From positions 1,930,547 to 1,994,546 of the forward strand of contig OZ253546.1 in NCBI GenBank assembly GCA_965262585.1: a stretch of 64,000 nucleotides of DNA. Direction: 5' to 3'. This DNA comes from Candidatus Poriferihabitaceae bacterium. GTDB taxonomy: Bacteria; Pseudomonadota; Gammaproteobacteria; Arenicellales; Poriferihabitantaceae. Every line of letters starts with the position of its first letter. Position 1 is the first letter of the stretch. Under the pieces are notes generated by a model, which was not told the DNA's origin, made no database searches, and saw only the letters and a program-made list of their open reading frames with translations. Of this stretch, positions 10,256 to 19,839 are shown piece by piece. Both the position numbers and the translations under genes were made by a program.

Positions 10256-11395
10256 TTAGATGAATGGTAATTCGGTGAGGGATGCGGGGATGTGTCGGCT
10301 TTCTTTTACCACTTGCACCGCATCGCCGGGGGAGAATTCTTGGGCGATTAGGGCAAAGCCGATGTTTCGTTCGAGGCGGCGTGACCAGATGCCGTTGGTC
10401 ATGTCGCCGACTTTGTGGCCGTCGGCGAGAATGTCATACCAAACCGGGTGGGGTTGGGTCGGTTCCGGGTCGGCGAGGATTAGGCCGAGTTGGTGGCGTG
10501 CGATTCCTTGTCGGTGGATTTGGCGGAGGGCTTGAATTCCGATTACCTCGTCTGCAACCTCAAGGTCTACATATTTACCGAGGCGAACCTCGAACGGGTT
10601 GGTGGTGTCGTCGGTGTCGCCGCCCCAGGACAGGAGGCCGCTTTCGATGCGTTCGATGGAGTTGGGGCAGCCGGCGGTAATGTCCCACGGTCGGCCCGCT
10701 TCGTGGACGATGTTCCACAACGCCGTGCCTTGTGCGCCGTCCATGAGGTATATCTCGAACCCGCCCTGCTTGGACCAGCCGGAGCGGGCGAGGATGAGCG
10801 GGATGCCTTCGATATCGGCTTGGCGAAACCAGAAGTATTTGAGTTCCCGCACCCAGTCGCCGAATATCGAGGCGATTACTTCCTCCGCTTTTGGGCCCTG
10901 CACCGCCATGGGCGAGACATCGGGTTCAGTGATGGTGACTTCGAGGCGGCGTTCTGCGGCGATGGCCCGTGCCCAGAAAAGGATGTTGGAATCGGCGATG
11001 GAAAACCAGTATCGGTTCTCATTTACCTTGAGCACGATGGGGTCGTTGATGACGGTGCCGACATGATTACAGAGGGCGATGTATTTTCCCCGTCCGGCAT
11101 CGCATTGGGAAAGATCCCGGGGCGAAAGAATTTGCGCCAGTTGGGCTGCGTCTCGGCCACTGATTTCGACCTGCCGCTGTGCCGCCACATCCCATTGCGA
11201 GACGCCGTTTAGCAGTTGCCAGTATTCTGCTTCGGGATCGCCGTAGCCCGATGGCAACAGCATCTGGTTGTAGGTGGTAAAACTGGCGACGCCCGCGGCC
11301 ACCGTGGCGTCAAAATAGGGCGAGTGGCGCACCCGAGTATGCGGTGTGATCTGAAACATAGTGTTTGGCTTGGTTGACGGGCGGATGATAGCCAT
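10256..11395 (-). CDS. Aminomethyltransferase-fold (GcvT/DmdA-like) THF-dependent demethylase family protein
   Basis: GcvT-family features: SPYFD...FT.YN.MLLP, QWDV...QVEISGRDA, and a C-terminal barrel ending ...PFI. An alternative start is Met at 11359. Confidence 0.7.
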   Translation of the reverse strand: MAIIRPSTKPNTMFQITPHTRVRHSPYFDATVAAGVASFTTYNQMLLPSGYGDPEAEYWQLLNGVSQWDVAAQRQVEISGRDAAQLAQILSPRDLSQCDAGRGKYIALCNHVGTVINDPIVLKVNENRYWFSIADSNILFWARAIAAERRLEVTITEPDVSPMAVQGPKAEEVIASIFGDWVRELKYFWFRQADIEGIPLILARSGWSKQGGFEIYLMDGAQGTALWNIVHEAGRPWDITAGCPNSIERIESGLLSWGGDTDDTTNPFEVRLGKYVDLEVADEVIGIQALRQIHRQGIARHQLGLILADPEPTQPHPVWYDILADGHKVGDMTNGIWSRRLERNIGFALIAQEFSPGDAVQVVKESRHIPASLTELPFI

Positions 11396-11519
11396 CCAAA
11401 GGAACGGCTTGCGCCGGACGTGTTTTACTGGATTCCGCCTACGGGAATGGCGGGTTGAAATAATGCCTACAATAAATACGGTGGCGTGCCACCGTGGGTT
11501 GTTGGTATGACGTTGGTTG

Positions 11520-11596
11520 TGGTCGGGGTGAGAGGATTTGAACCTCCGGCCCCTGCCTCCCGAAGGCAGTGCTCTACCAGGCTGAGCTACACCCCG
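11520..11596 (-). tRNA. tRNA-Pro (anticodon CGG)
   Basis: The reverse complement folds as a cloverleaf: acceptor CGGGGTG/CACCCCG, anticodon loop TTCGGGA, TTCAAAT T-loop, encoded CCA. Confidence 0.85.
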
Positions 11597-11616
11597 ATTA
11601 TGACCTGTTGACTATT

Positions 11617-12660
11617 TCAGTGACCTCGTTGGACGGAAAACTCCGCCAAGTGGATCAGTGCTTCTTTGTACGGTGATTCTTCGATGGCGGCGAGTGCCTC
11701 GATGGCCGCCGCCGCCCGCCGCTTCGCTTGCCCGGCAGTGTACGCCAGCGCGCCGGTGGATTCAACGATGGCGAGGATTTCTCCGATGTTTTCGCGCCCG
11801 CCGTTTTCGATGGCCCGGCGCACCGCTTGTTGCTGTTTCTCGGTGCCGTGGCGGAGCGCGTAGATGAGCGGCAGGGTCGGTTTGCCCTCGGCCAGATCGT
11901 CGCCGGTGTTCTTGCCGAGGTCGCGGCTGTCGGCGTTGTAGTCGAGGATGTCGTCAATCAACTGAAAGGCGGTTCCAAGGCTCAGGCCGTAGGATGCCAA
12001 CGCCGCGCATACCGCAGATTCCCGCTTGCCGAGCACCGCGCCAAGCCGTGCCGCCGATTCAAATAACTTGGCGGTTTTGCGGTGGATGGTTTCGAGGTAT
12101 GCCTGCTCGGTGGTGTCCGGCGAGCGGGTGTTGAGCAACTGCATGACCTCGCCCTCGGCGATTGCGTTGGTGGTCGCCGCAAGGATTCGCATGACTTCCG
12201 GGTTGCCAATCTCCACCATCATCTCGAACGACCGGGAATAAAGAAAATCCCCCACCAGCACGCTGGCCTCGTTGCCCCACACCTGATTGGCGGTGGCCTG
12301 CCCACGGCGCATCGCCGAGGCATCCACTACATCATCGTGCAGCAGGGTGGCGGTGTGAATGAATTCGATGACCGCCGCCAGCAGGATGTGCTCATCGCCC
12401 CGATAGCCGCCGGCTTTGGCGCTCAGCAGCAAAATCAGCGGCCGCAGTCGTTTGCCGCCGCTGTTGATAAGATGCGCTCCCAGCGTACGAATTAGCGGGA
12501 TGTCCGAATTCAGGTGCTGCCGGATTGCGCCATTCACCGCCTCCAGTTCCAGATGTACCGGCGAGGATGCGGATTCCAACAGGTGTTTGGGGTCGGCGGC
12601 CGGGGCGACCGGGGTGTTTGAAACATCGGCGGCGGCGGTGGCCGTAGCGCGGTTTGTCAT
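11617..12660 (-). CDS. ispB: Octaprenyl-diphosphate synthase
   Basis: Two polyprenyl synthase Asp-rich motifs (LLHDDVVD and DDILD). Start at MTNRATAT (ATG 12660). The 753-aa ORF in the track is an artefactual upstream extension running antisense to ilvE. Confidence 0.9.
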   Translation of the reverse strand: MTNRATATAAADVSNTPVAPAADPKHLLESASSPVHLELEAVNGAIRQHLNSDIPLIRTLGAHLINSGGKRLRPLILLLSAKAGGYRGDEHILLAAVIEFIHTATLLHDDVVDASAMRRGQATANQVWGNEASVLVGDFLYSRSFEMMVEIGNPEVMRILAATTNAIAEGEVMQLLNTRSPDTTEQAYLETIHRKTAKLFESAARLGAVLGKRESAVCAALASYGLSLGTAFQLIDDILDYNADSRDLGKNTGDDLAEGKPTLPLIYALRHGTEKQQQAVRRAIENGGRENIGEILAIVESTGALAYTAGQAKRRAAAAIEALAAIEESPYKEALIHLAEFSVQRGH

Positions 12661-12852
12661 TGCGTTGCAGTGGTGGTTGCCGATGGCTATTGTAGCCGAC
12701 CCGGCGCAAATAACGGCCACCGCCGGTCGCGAGTTTTGGTACAATCGCGGCGGGGTGAAATCCAATCTTGTAGAAAACCTGCGGTAGCAAACCTGCGGTA
12801 GCAGACCCGCTGTAGCAAACCCGCTGTAGCAACTAGTAACGGAGTCGGCAAA

Positions 12853-13773
12853 ATGTCGTTCAGTGATCGTGATGGTGTAATCTGGCTTGACGGGGAATTT
12901 GTTCCCTGGCGGGAAGCACAGGTGCATGTGTTGACGCATACCCTGCACTATGGGCTGGGGGTGTTCGAGGGGGTGCGCGCCTATAAAACCGAGCGCGGGA
13001 CGGCGATTTTTCGCCTGCGCGACCATACCGACCGCCTGTTTCGTTCGGCGCATATTCTCAACATGAAAATCCCCTACGATGCCGAAACCTTGATGGAGGT
13101 GCAGCGGCAGGTGGTCAAGGACAACAACCTGACCTCGGCGTATATTCGGCCCATGGCGTTTTACGGCTCCGAGGGAATGGGCATTCGCGCCGACAATTTG
13201 AGCGTGCATGTCACCATCGCCGCGTGGGAGTGGGGCTCCTACCTCGGCGAGGAAAACATGGAAAAAGGCATCCGCGTGCGGGTTTCTTCCTATGCCCGGC
13301 ATCATGTCAACGTCAGCATGTGCCGGGCTAAAGCCAACGGCCACTACATCAATTCCATCCTCGCCCTGCAAGAGGCGGTGGACACCGGCTATGACGAGGC
13401 GTTGCTTTTGGACACCGACGGCTTTGTCATGGAAGGCACCGGCGAGAACCTGTTCATCGTGCGAGACGGCGTGATCTACACCCCGGACTTGACCTCGGCC
13501 CTGGACGGCATCACCCGCAACACGGTGGTGCGACTTATCGAAGACGAGGGGCTGCCGTTGGTGGAAAAACGCATCACCCGCGATGAGGTCTATATCTGCG
13601 ACGAAGCGTTTTTCACCGGCACCGCGGCGGAGGTGACGCCAATCCGTGAACTGGACAACCGCCGCATCGGTGCCGGTGGCCGCGGCCCGGTGACCGAAAA
13701 ACTCCAACGCAGGTTTTTCGACGCCGTGTATGACCGCATACCGGAACGCCGGGAGTGGCTGACTTATGTCTGA
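12853..13773 (+). CDS. ilvE: Branched-chain-amino-acid aminotransferase
   Basis: N-terminus IWLDGEFVPWREAQVHVLTHTLHYGLGVFEGVRAY, and later EGTGENLF. GGAG SD upstream of the ATG. Confidence 0.9.
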   Translation: MSFSDRDGVIWLDGEFVPWREAQVHVLTHTLHYGLGVFEGVRAYKTERGTAIFRLRDHTDRLFRSAHILNMKIPYDAETLMEVQRQVVKDNNLTSAYIRPMAFYGSEGMGIRADNLSVHVTIAAWEWGSYLGEENMEKGIRVRVSSYARHHVNVSMCRAKANGHYINSILALQEAVDTGYDEALLLDTDGFVMEGTGENLFIVRDGVIYTPDLTSALDGITRNTVVRLIEDEGLPLVEKRITRDEVYICDEAFFTGTAAEVTPIRELDNRRIGAGGRGPVTEKLQRRFFDAVYDRIPERREWLTYV

Positions 13774-13996
13774 GCCCGGGCCCAAGACGGACAGCACGGA
13801 CAGCGACCAGCCCAACGCCCGGCAGCGGGTGGAGGTAACCGCCGCCGACCTGCCGTTGCACTGCCCGATGCCCGGCAAGCGGCTTTGGGATTCCCATCCG
13901 CGGGTTTATCTGCCCATCGAAAAAAACGCCGAACAAACCTGCCCTTATTGCGGCACGCGCTACATCCTCGCCGGTGCGGTGGGATCGTCCCACTAA
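13766..13996 (+). CDS. Small zinc-finger (zf-CHCC-like) protein
   Basis: 76 aa with HCP...CPYCGTRY. Overlaps the ilvE stop by 8 nt, which suggests coupling. Confidence 0.55.
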   Translation: MSEPGPKTDSTDSDQPNARQRVEVTAADLPLHCPMPGKRLWDSHPRVYLPIEKNAEQTCPYCGTRYILAGAVGSSH

Positions 13997-14041
13997 CCCC
14001 GGCTTAATGCCCGCCGTCATGCCCGCCGCCGAGTCCGGCCC

Positions 14042-15058
14042 ATGAGCAAGGTGCTGGTGGTGGGGCCTTCTTGGGTCGGCGATATGGTCATGGCCCAAAG
14101 CCTCTTCAAGGTGCTCAAGCAAGTTGCCCCCGGCGACCAAATCACCGTGCTGGCGCAGCCGTGGAGTCGCCCGATTGTGGCGCGCATGCCCGAAGTCGCC
14201 GAGACCGTGGAGTTGCCCGTGGGACACGGCGTGCTTGGGTTGGGGGTGCGGCGGCGGCTCGGGCATACACTCAGGGCGACGCGCTTCGACCGTGCCATCG
14301 TGCTGCCGGGTTCTTTTAAGTCGGCACTGGTGCCGTGGTTCGCTAAAATCCCCCGGCGCACCGGCTATCTCGGCGAGCAACGCTATGGGCTGCTGAACGA
14401 CATCCGCACCCTCGACCGGCGGGCCATGCCCATGAATGTGCAACGCTTTGTGGCTTTGGGGCTGCCGAAATCGGCATCAGCATCGGTGTCGTCATCGGCA
14501 TCTGCACAAATCCCCCATCCGGCGCTGGTGGTGGACCGGGCGCGCGCCGCCGATAGCGCAATGCGTTTTGGGCTTGGAAGCGATGCGCCGGTGGTGGCGC
14601 TTTGTCCCGGCGCCGAGTATGGGCCGGCCAAGCGCTGGCCGATGGAGTATTTTGCCGAGGTCGCCAATCGACAACTGCAACAGGGCCGGCAAGTGTGGCT
14701 GTTCGGCGCCGAAAACGACCGCGAAATCGCCGCGCGCATCAACGATCTTTGCCGGGGACGCTGCGCCGACCTCAGCGGCCGCACCACCCTCGGCGAAGCG
14801 GTTGATCTGATGTCGCTGGCACAGTATGCGGTCACCAACGACTCCGGGCTGATGCATGTTGCCGCCGCCGTCGGCTGCCATGTAATCGCCATTTACGGGT
14901 CATCCAGCGACGCCTTCACCCCGCCGCTCACCGACCGTTGCGACCGCCTCACCCTCGGCCTCCACTGCAGCCCCTGCTTCCAGCGGGAGTGCCCGCTCGG
15001 CCATCTGCATTGCCTCAAAGGGCTGCGTCCGGCGATGGTGCTGGCGATGTTGAAGTGA
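14042..15058 (+). CDS. waaF: ADP-heptose:LPS heptosyltransferase II (GT9)
   Basis: N-terminus KVLVVGPSWVGDMVMAQSLFKVLK, and C-terminal TNDSGLMHVAAA, typical of GT9 heptosyltransferases. Confidence 0.8.
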   Translation: MSKVLVVGPSWVGDMVMAQSLFKVLKQVAPGDQITVLAQPWSRPIVARMPEVAETVELPVGHGVLGLGVRRRLGHTLRATRFDRAIVLPGSFKSALVPWFAKIPRRTGYLGEQRYGLLNDIRTLDRRAMPMNVQRFVALGLPKSASASVSSSASAQIPHPALVVDRARAADSAMRFGLGSDAPVVALCPGAEYGPAKRWPMEYFAEVANRQLQQGRQVWLFGAENDREIAARINDLCRGRCADLSGRTTLGEAVDLMSLAQYAVTNDSGLMHVAAAVGCHVIAIYGSSSDAFTPPLTDRCDRLTLGLHCSPCFQRECPLGHLHCLKGLRPAMVLAMLK

Positions 15059-15137
15059 GGCGTTTGACCCGGCGGGGGCGGGGGTTGGGCGTAACTGCTT
15101 GAAAAGATTACTGGTGCAAAAAAGTTTTGACGAGGCC

Positions 15138-15184
15138 CACATATTGATATAGTATTTGCGATTCGCCACCAGATGTAGTGGTTG
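15138..15184 (+). promoter_or_regulatory. Possible pair of NrdR boxes upstream of nrdJ
   Basis: Two imperfect palindromic 16-mers about three helical turns apart, 150-200 nt upstream of nrdJa. They are CACATATTGATATAGT (15138) and CACCAGATGTAGTGGT(TG) (15167). They resemble the acaCwAtATaTwgtgt consensus. Confidence 0.35.
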
Positions 15185-15334
15185 GCGGGGAAAATCTTTT
15201 GTGGCTAAAACGCGGCGAAAACCGAGGGTTGGCTGGAAAAAGTAATGGAGTTTCTAGTTTTTGACCACGGAGGGCAGAGTACAAAGAGCGCGCAACATTG
15301 ACACGAACCTGCCACAGCGTGAGGAATAAAAAGC

Positions 15335-17473
15335 ATGAAACCGGCCAACGCTATTGCCGATCCAAACACCGAAGACAAGCGGGTCGAACGCTTGGAACTG
15401 CAACCCACCTCGTTGGATATATGGGATAAAAAATACCGCTTGAAAACCATGGACGGCGAGCCGCTGGACGCGGATATTAACGCAACTTATGAGCGAGTCG
15501 CCCGCGCTCTGGCGGATGTTGAAGTTGGCGAACCCGAGAAACGGGAGTGGTATGAAAAATTTGTCTGGGCGTTGCAAAACGGCGCCACCCCCGCCGGACG
15601 CATCATTTCCAACGCCGGTGCGCGGCAACACAAGCCCGCCACCAGCACCATTAATTGCACCGTGTCGCGCACCGTTCCGGATTCCATGGACGGCGTGCTG
15701 GTCTCGGTGCACGAAGCCGGCCTGACCCTGAAGGCCGGTTGCGGCATCGGCTACGAGTTTTCCACCCTGCGCCCCAAAGGCGCTTTCGTCAGCGGCGCCG
15801 GCGCTTACACTTCCGGCCCGCTGTCTTTCATGGACATCTTCGACTCGATGTGTTTCACCGTCTCCTCCGCCGGCGGGCGGCGCGGCGCGCAGATGGGCAC
15901 CTTCGACATCAGCCATCCCGACATCATGGAATTCATCCGCGCCAAACGCGCCAACGGCCGGTTGCGCCAGTTCAACCTGTCGTGCCTGATTACCGATGAG
16001 TTCATGCGGGCGGTCAACGACGATGCCGAGTGGAAATTGTCGTTCCCGGCCACGGCGCGGGAATTTGAAAGCGACGCTCATGAAATCGTGTGGCGTAACT
16101 GGCCCCACGACGCCAACTACATAACCAACGATCTGGGACAGACCGCCTGCCGGGTGTACAGTTCGGTGCCGGCAAAGCGATTGTGGAACGTGATTATGAA
16201 TTCCACCTACGATTACGCCGAGCCGGGGTTCATTCTCATCGACCGCATCAATGAAATGAACAACAACTGGTTCTGCGAAAACATTCGCGCCACCAATCCC
16301 TGCGGCGAGCAACCGCTGCCGCCTTATGGTGCGTGCTTGCTGGGCTCGGTCAACCTGACGAGATTCGTGGAAAATCCGTTTTCAGACGAGGCGCGATTTG
16401 ACTGGGAAAAATACCGTAAAGTGGTTTCCATTTTCTCGCGCATGCTCGACAACGTGGTGGAAGTGAACGAGTTGCCCCTCTCCCCCCAGCGAGACGAAAT
16501 CAACGCCAAGCGTCGGCACGGCATGGGGTTCCTCGGGCTCGGCTCGACGCTCACCATGCTGTGCATGCGATACGGCGACCAAGCATCCCTCGAGTTCACC
16601 GAGCGGGTCGCAAAGGAGATGGCCGTGGTGGGTTGGGAGACCGGCCTGCAACTCGCCCGGGAAAAAGGTTGCGCGCCGATTCTTGAGAAGCAATTCACGG
16701 TGACCACCGAAATGCTGGGACTGCGTCCGGAGATGGCGGCGGACGGCTACAAGGTCGGCGACCAGATCAAGGGCGCGGTGCTGATGGGCCGGTATAGCCG
16801 TTACCTGCAGCAGTTTCCGGCGGAATTGCGGGACGCCATCGCCGAGCAAGGTTGCCGCTATACGCACCACACTTCCATCGCCCCGACCGGCACCATCAGC
16901 CTGTCGCTGGGCAACAACGTCAGCAATGGCATCGAGCCGTCGTTCGCGCATAAGTACAGCCGCAACGTGATTCTCGAAGGCAAAAAATCCAAGCACAAAA
17001 TGGACGTGTATTCCTATGAATTGCTGGCCTATCGGTACTTGGTCAACCCGCAAGCGACGCCGTCCGCCGATGACCCGCGCAATCAGTTGCCCGATTATTT
17101 TGCCGTCGCCGATGACATCACCCCGAGGCAGCATGTGGATGTACAAGCGGCGGCGCAGAAGTGGATCGATTCTTCTATTTCCAAAACCGCCAACGTGCCG
17201 ACCGATTTTGCCTTTGAGGATTTTCAGGACATCTACCAATACGCCTGGGAAAAAGGACTCAAGGGATGCACCACCTTTCGCTTCAACCCGGAGGTGTTTC
17301 AAGGTGTGTTGGTCAAGGATTCGGATCTGGAAAACACCTTCTACCGGTTTGCCATGGACAACGGCGAGAGCATTGAAGTGAGAGGCAACGAAGAGATCGA
17401 ATACGACGGCGAAACCCACACCGCCGCCAATTTATTCGATGCATTGAAAGAAGGCTATTACGGCAGATTCTAG
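15335..17473 (+). CDS. nrdJ: Adenosylcobalamin-dependent (class II) ribonucleotide reductase, large N-terminal part (NrdJa)
   Basis: Class II RNR catalytic motifs: NCTV..., ATNPCGEQPL, TSIAPTGTIS and KTANVP. Confidence 0.9.
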   Translation: MKPANAIADPNTEDKRVERLELQPTSLDIWDKKYRLKTMDGEPLDADINATYERVARALADVEVGEPEKREWYEKFVWALQNGATPAGRIISNAGARQHKPATSTINCTVSRTVPDSMDGVLVSVHEAGLTLKAGCGIGYEFSTLRPKGAFVSGAGAYTSGPLSFMDIFDSMCFTVSSAGGRRGAQMGTFDISHPDIMEFIRAKRANGRLRQFNLSCLITDEFMRAVNDDAEWKLSFPATAREFESDAHEIVWRNWPHDANYITNDLGQTACRVYSSVPAKRLWNVIMNSTYDYAEPGFILIDRINEMNNNWFCENIRATNPCGEQPLPPYGACLLGSVNLTRFVENPFSDEARFDWEKYRKVVSIFSRMLDNVVEVNELPLSPQRDEINAKRRHGMGFLGLGSTLTMLCMRYGDQASLEFTERVAKEMAVVGWETGLQLAREKGCAPILEKQFTVTTEMLGLRPEMAADGYKVGDQIKGAVLMGRYSRYLQQFPAELRDAIAEQGCRYTHHTSIAPTGTISLSLGNNVSNGIEPSFAHKYSRNVILEGKKSKHKMDVYSYELLAYRYLVNPQATPSADDPRNQLPDYFAVADDITPRQHVDVQAAAQKWIDSSISKTANVPTDFAFEDFQDIYQYAWEKGLKGCTTFRFNPEVFQGVLVKDSDLENTFYRFAMDNGESIEVRGNEEIEYDGETHTAANLFDALKEGYYGRF

Positions 17474-17522
17474 GTCGTAACTGCGAACCGCGAACCGTGA
17501 ACATCTGATCAGGAAACCAATC

Positions 17523-18248
17523 ATGAGCACAAAAATTCAACACAAAATTGTCGGCTACGATGTCGTCAAACCCGAAGACAAAGCCGACAAAACCACCGCA
17601 GCCTCCGCCCCCGAAAACCGGAAGGCGAGCAGTCCGATGAGTAATATCATGCACATGCACGAGAAGGTCGAGCGTCCGGAAATGCTCATCGGCAGCACCT
17701 ACAAGATCAAGACCCCGGTGTCCGAACATGCGTTTTACATCACCATCAATGACATCGTGCTCAATCCCGGAACGCCCTATGAAAAGCGTCGCCCCTTCGA
17801 GATGTTTATCAACTCCAAGAACATGGATCATTATCAGTGGATTTCCGCCCTGACCCTGATTGTGTCGGCGGTGTTCCGCAAGGGCGGTGATGTCACTTTC
17901 CTGGTGGAGGAATTGCAAAGCGTGTTCGACCCGAAGGGCGGGTATTTCCGCAAGGGCGGCAAATTCATCCCCTCGCTGGTGGCCGAAATCGGCGACGCCA
18001 TCGAATCCCACCTGAAAATGATCGGCCTCATCGTCTCCCCCGGCCTCGACCAACACCAGCAACGACTCATAGACGAAAAGCGCAAACAGTATGAACAACA
18101 GCAAGCCATCAAAACCGACCCCGACGACCCCGAAGCAAGCACCTTTCCCGAAGGCGCAGAGTTATGCAACAAATGCCTCAACAAAGCCATGATCATCATG
18201 GATAACTGCCTGACCTGCCTGAACTGCGGGGAGAGTAAGTGCAGTTAG
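17523..18248 (+). CDS. nrdJ: Class II ribonucleotide reductase C-terminal part (NrdJb) with a Cys-rich tail
   Basis: Separate ORF 49 nt downstream. GSTYKIKTP...AFYITIND matches the C-terminal core of NrdJ. The tail is CNKC...CLTCLNCGESKC. A split arrangement is known in Pseudomonas. Confidence 0.75.
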   Translation: MSTKIQHKIVGYDVVKPEDKADKTTAASAPENRKASSPMSNIMHMHEKVERPEMLIGSTYKIKTPVSEHAFYITINDIVLNPGTPYEKRRPFEMFINSKNMDHYQWISALTLIVSAVFRKGGDVTFLVEELQSVFDPKGGYFRKGGKFIPSLVAEIGDAIESHLKMIGLIVSPGLDQHQQRLIDEKRKQYEQQQAIKTDPDDPEASTFPEGAELCNKCLNKAMIIMDNCLTCLNCGESKCS

Positions 18249-18281
18249 GGCCGGGCAGTTAGGGCGGCGTTGCAGGAGAGA

Positions 18282-19241
18282 ATGATGGAAAGGCCAATCA
18301 ATATCGCGGCGGAGTTCAGCCTCAACGAACAAGCAGTTTTGTATCATGGAAGTTGTGGGGATATGCTGAAAACGATTCCCGAAAGATCCATTCAGTTGAT
18401 CGTTACCTCGCCGCCTTATAATATCGGCAAAGAATACGAACAAAGGACGAAATTAAGCAATTATATTGAGCAGCAGTCGCGGTTGATTAAAGAATGTGAG
18501 CGCGTTCTTACGGACTCCGGGAGTATCTGTTGGCAGGTGGGTAATTTTGTTGAGAACGGCTCAATTATTCCACTGGATATTGCGCTATATCCGATATTCG
18601 CCGAATTGAACCTCGTTATGCGAAACCGAATTGTTTGGCACTTTGAGCATGGCTTGCACTGCTCGAAGCGCTTTTCCGGGCGATATGAAACGATTATTTG
18701 GTTTACCCGCAAGACCAAGGAATATGTTTTTAATTTGGATCCTGTGAGAGTTCCCCAAAAGTATCCCGCAAAAAAATATTTCAAAGGCCCCAAAGCCGGG
18801 CAGTATTCCTGCAATCCGCTTGGGAAAAACCCCGGCGATGTGTGGGTTGTTCCCAATGTAAAAAACAATCATGTAGAAAAAACCGAACACCCATGCCAAT
18901 ATCCGGTGGAGTTGGTCGAACGCCTTGTTTTGTCAATGACCAACGAAGAGGATTGGGTTTTAGATCCGTTTCTGGGAACCGGAACATCGATTATTGCCGC
19001 CCTCATGCATAACAGGCGGGGTGCCGGTGCGGAAACCGAAGGGAAATATGTGAAGTTGGCAAAAGACCGCATTATAAAAGCCGGCAATGGAACCCTAAAA
19101 ACCAGACCTATGAACAAGCCGGTGTATGATCCTAGGGAGAATGGAAATAAACCCGTCGAAGCACCGTGGAAGAACGGTGAGGATAATGGGGTTGTTCAAT
19201 TAACACTGCTTGGGAAAAGCGCGCAGAGTGAAAATCGTTGA
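18282..19241 (+). CDS. Beta-class DNA methyltransferase (N4-cytosine or N6-adenine), type II R-M
   Basis: Motif IV TSPPYN is N-terminal and motif I DPFLGTGTS is C-terminal, which is the beta-class order. AGGAG sits just upstream of ATG 18282; the track start TTG 18270 is less likely. Confidence 0.85.
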   Translation: MMERPINIAAEFSLNEQAVLYHGSCGDMLKTIPERSIQLIVTSPPYNIGKEYEQRTKLSNYIEQQSRLIKECERVLTDSGSICWQVGNFVENGSIIPLDIALYPIFAELNLVMRNRIVWHFEHGLHCSKRFSGRYETIIWFTRKTKEYVFNLDPVRVPQKYPAKKYFKGPKAGQYSCNPLGKNPGDVWVVPNVKNNHVEKTEHPCQYPVELVERLVLSMTNEEDWVLDPFLGTGTSIIAALMHNRRGAGAETEGKYVKLAKDRIIKAGNGTLKTRPMNKPVYDPRENGNKPVEAPWKNGEDNGVVQLTLLGKSAQSENR

Positions 19242-19839
19242 AACTTATTCGCACTTGAACGGACTCGAATACCTGCTCGTTCATAAACCCAAATTGTGGG
19301 AGGAAGTTAAATCTATTATTAAGAAAGTTGACGGGACATCCTGCAAAACCAAGGTATCAAAAGAAAAAACCAAGGAAGGACGTTTATTGTACAGCCCCAT
19401 AGAAATGAATAAATCCTTCAAGATTCTTTTGGAGGTAAAAAAATGGGAAGAAAATCGTGTCAGTTACTGGGTGACAAAAGATGAAAAATTGATCCGAAAA
19501 ACACTTTCCATGCCACCTGAAGAACAAAAGGAGGCGATTAATCGCGCTGGCTTGTCACCGATACTCAGTTATAACCAAACCGACTATGTCAAGGGCAGGG
19601 TCGCGGTTGAAGTGCAATTTGGTAAATACTCGTTTGTTGCCTACGATATATTCGTAAAACACTTGGCATTTTATGTGCGCGACCAGATCGATGTTGGCAT
19701 CGAAATACTTCCGATGAAAGCACTACAATCACAAATGAGTTCGGGCGTGGCGTATTACGAAGGGGAATTGTATAACGTCATTCGACAGGGAAGGGGGGTA
19801 CCGGCGGTGCCGTTAGTAATCATTGGAATCGAAGTGTGA
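19228..19839 (+). CDS. BglII/BamHI-family type II restriction endonuclease
   Basis: TDYVKGRVAVEVQF gives D-X8-E-V-Q-F, matching the BglII catalytic D84...E93-V-Q95 segment. IEILPMK resembles BamHI IILMPIK. Overlaps the methylase stop. GTG 19228 and TTG 19210 are both possible starts. Confidence 0.65.
   Translation: MKIVETYSHLNGLEYLLVHKPKLWEEVKSIIKKVDGTSCKTKVSKEKTKEGRLLYSPIEMNKSFKILLEVKKWEENRVSYWVTKDEKLIRKTLSMPPEEQKEAINRAGLSPILSYNQTDYVKGRVAVEVQFGKYSFVAYDIFVKHLAFYVRDQIDVGIEILPMKALQSQMSSGVAYYEGELYNVIRQGRGVPAVPLVIIGIEV

Noticed and set aside
11617-13878. 753-aa ORF on the minus strand spanning ispB and the whole of ilvE
   Set aside because: Only the C-terminal 347 aa (from MTNRATAT at 12660) look like a real protein, IspB. 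The rest is the antisense shadow of ilvE plus the intergenic repeat region in GC-rich DNA, and has no recognisable motifs.
15254-16312. 352-aa ORF, and the 16382..17419 345-aa ORF, both on the minus strand
   Set aside because: Both are antisense to nrdJa, which carries unambiguous RNR motifs.
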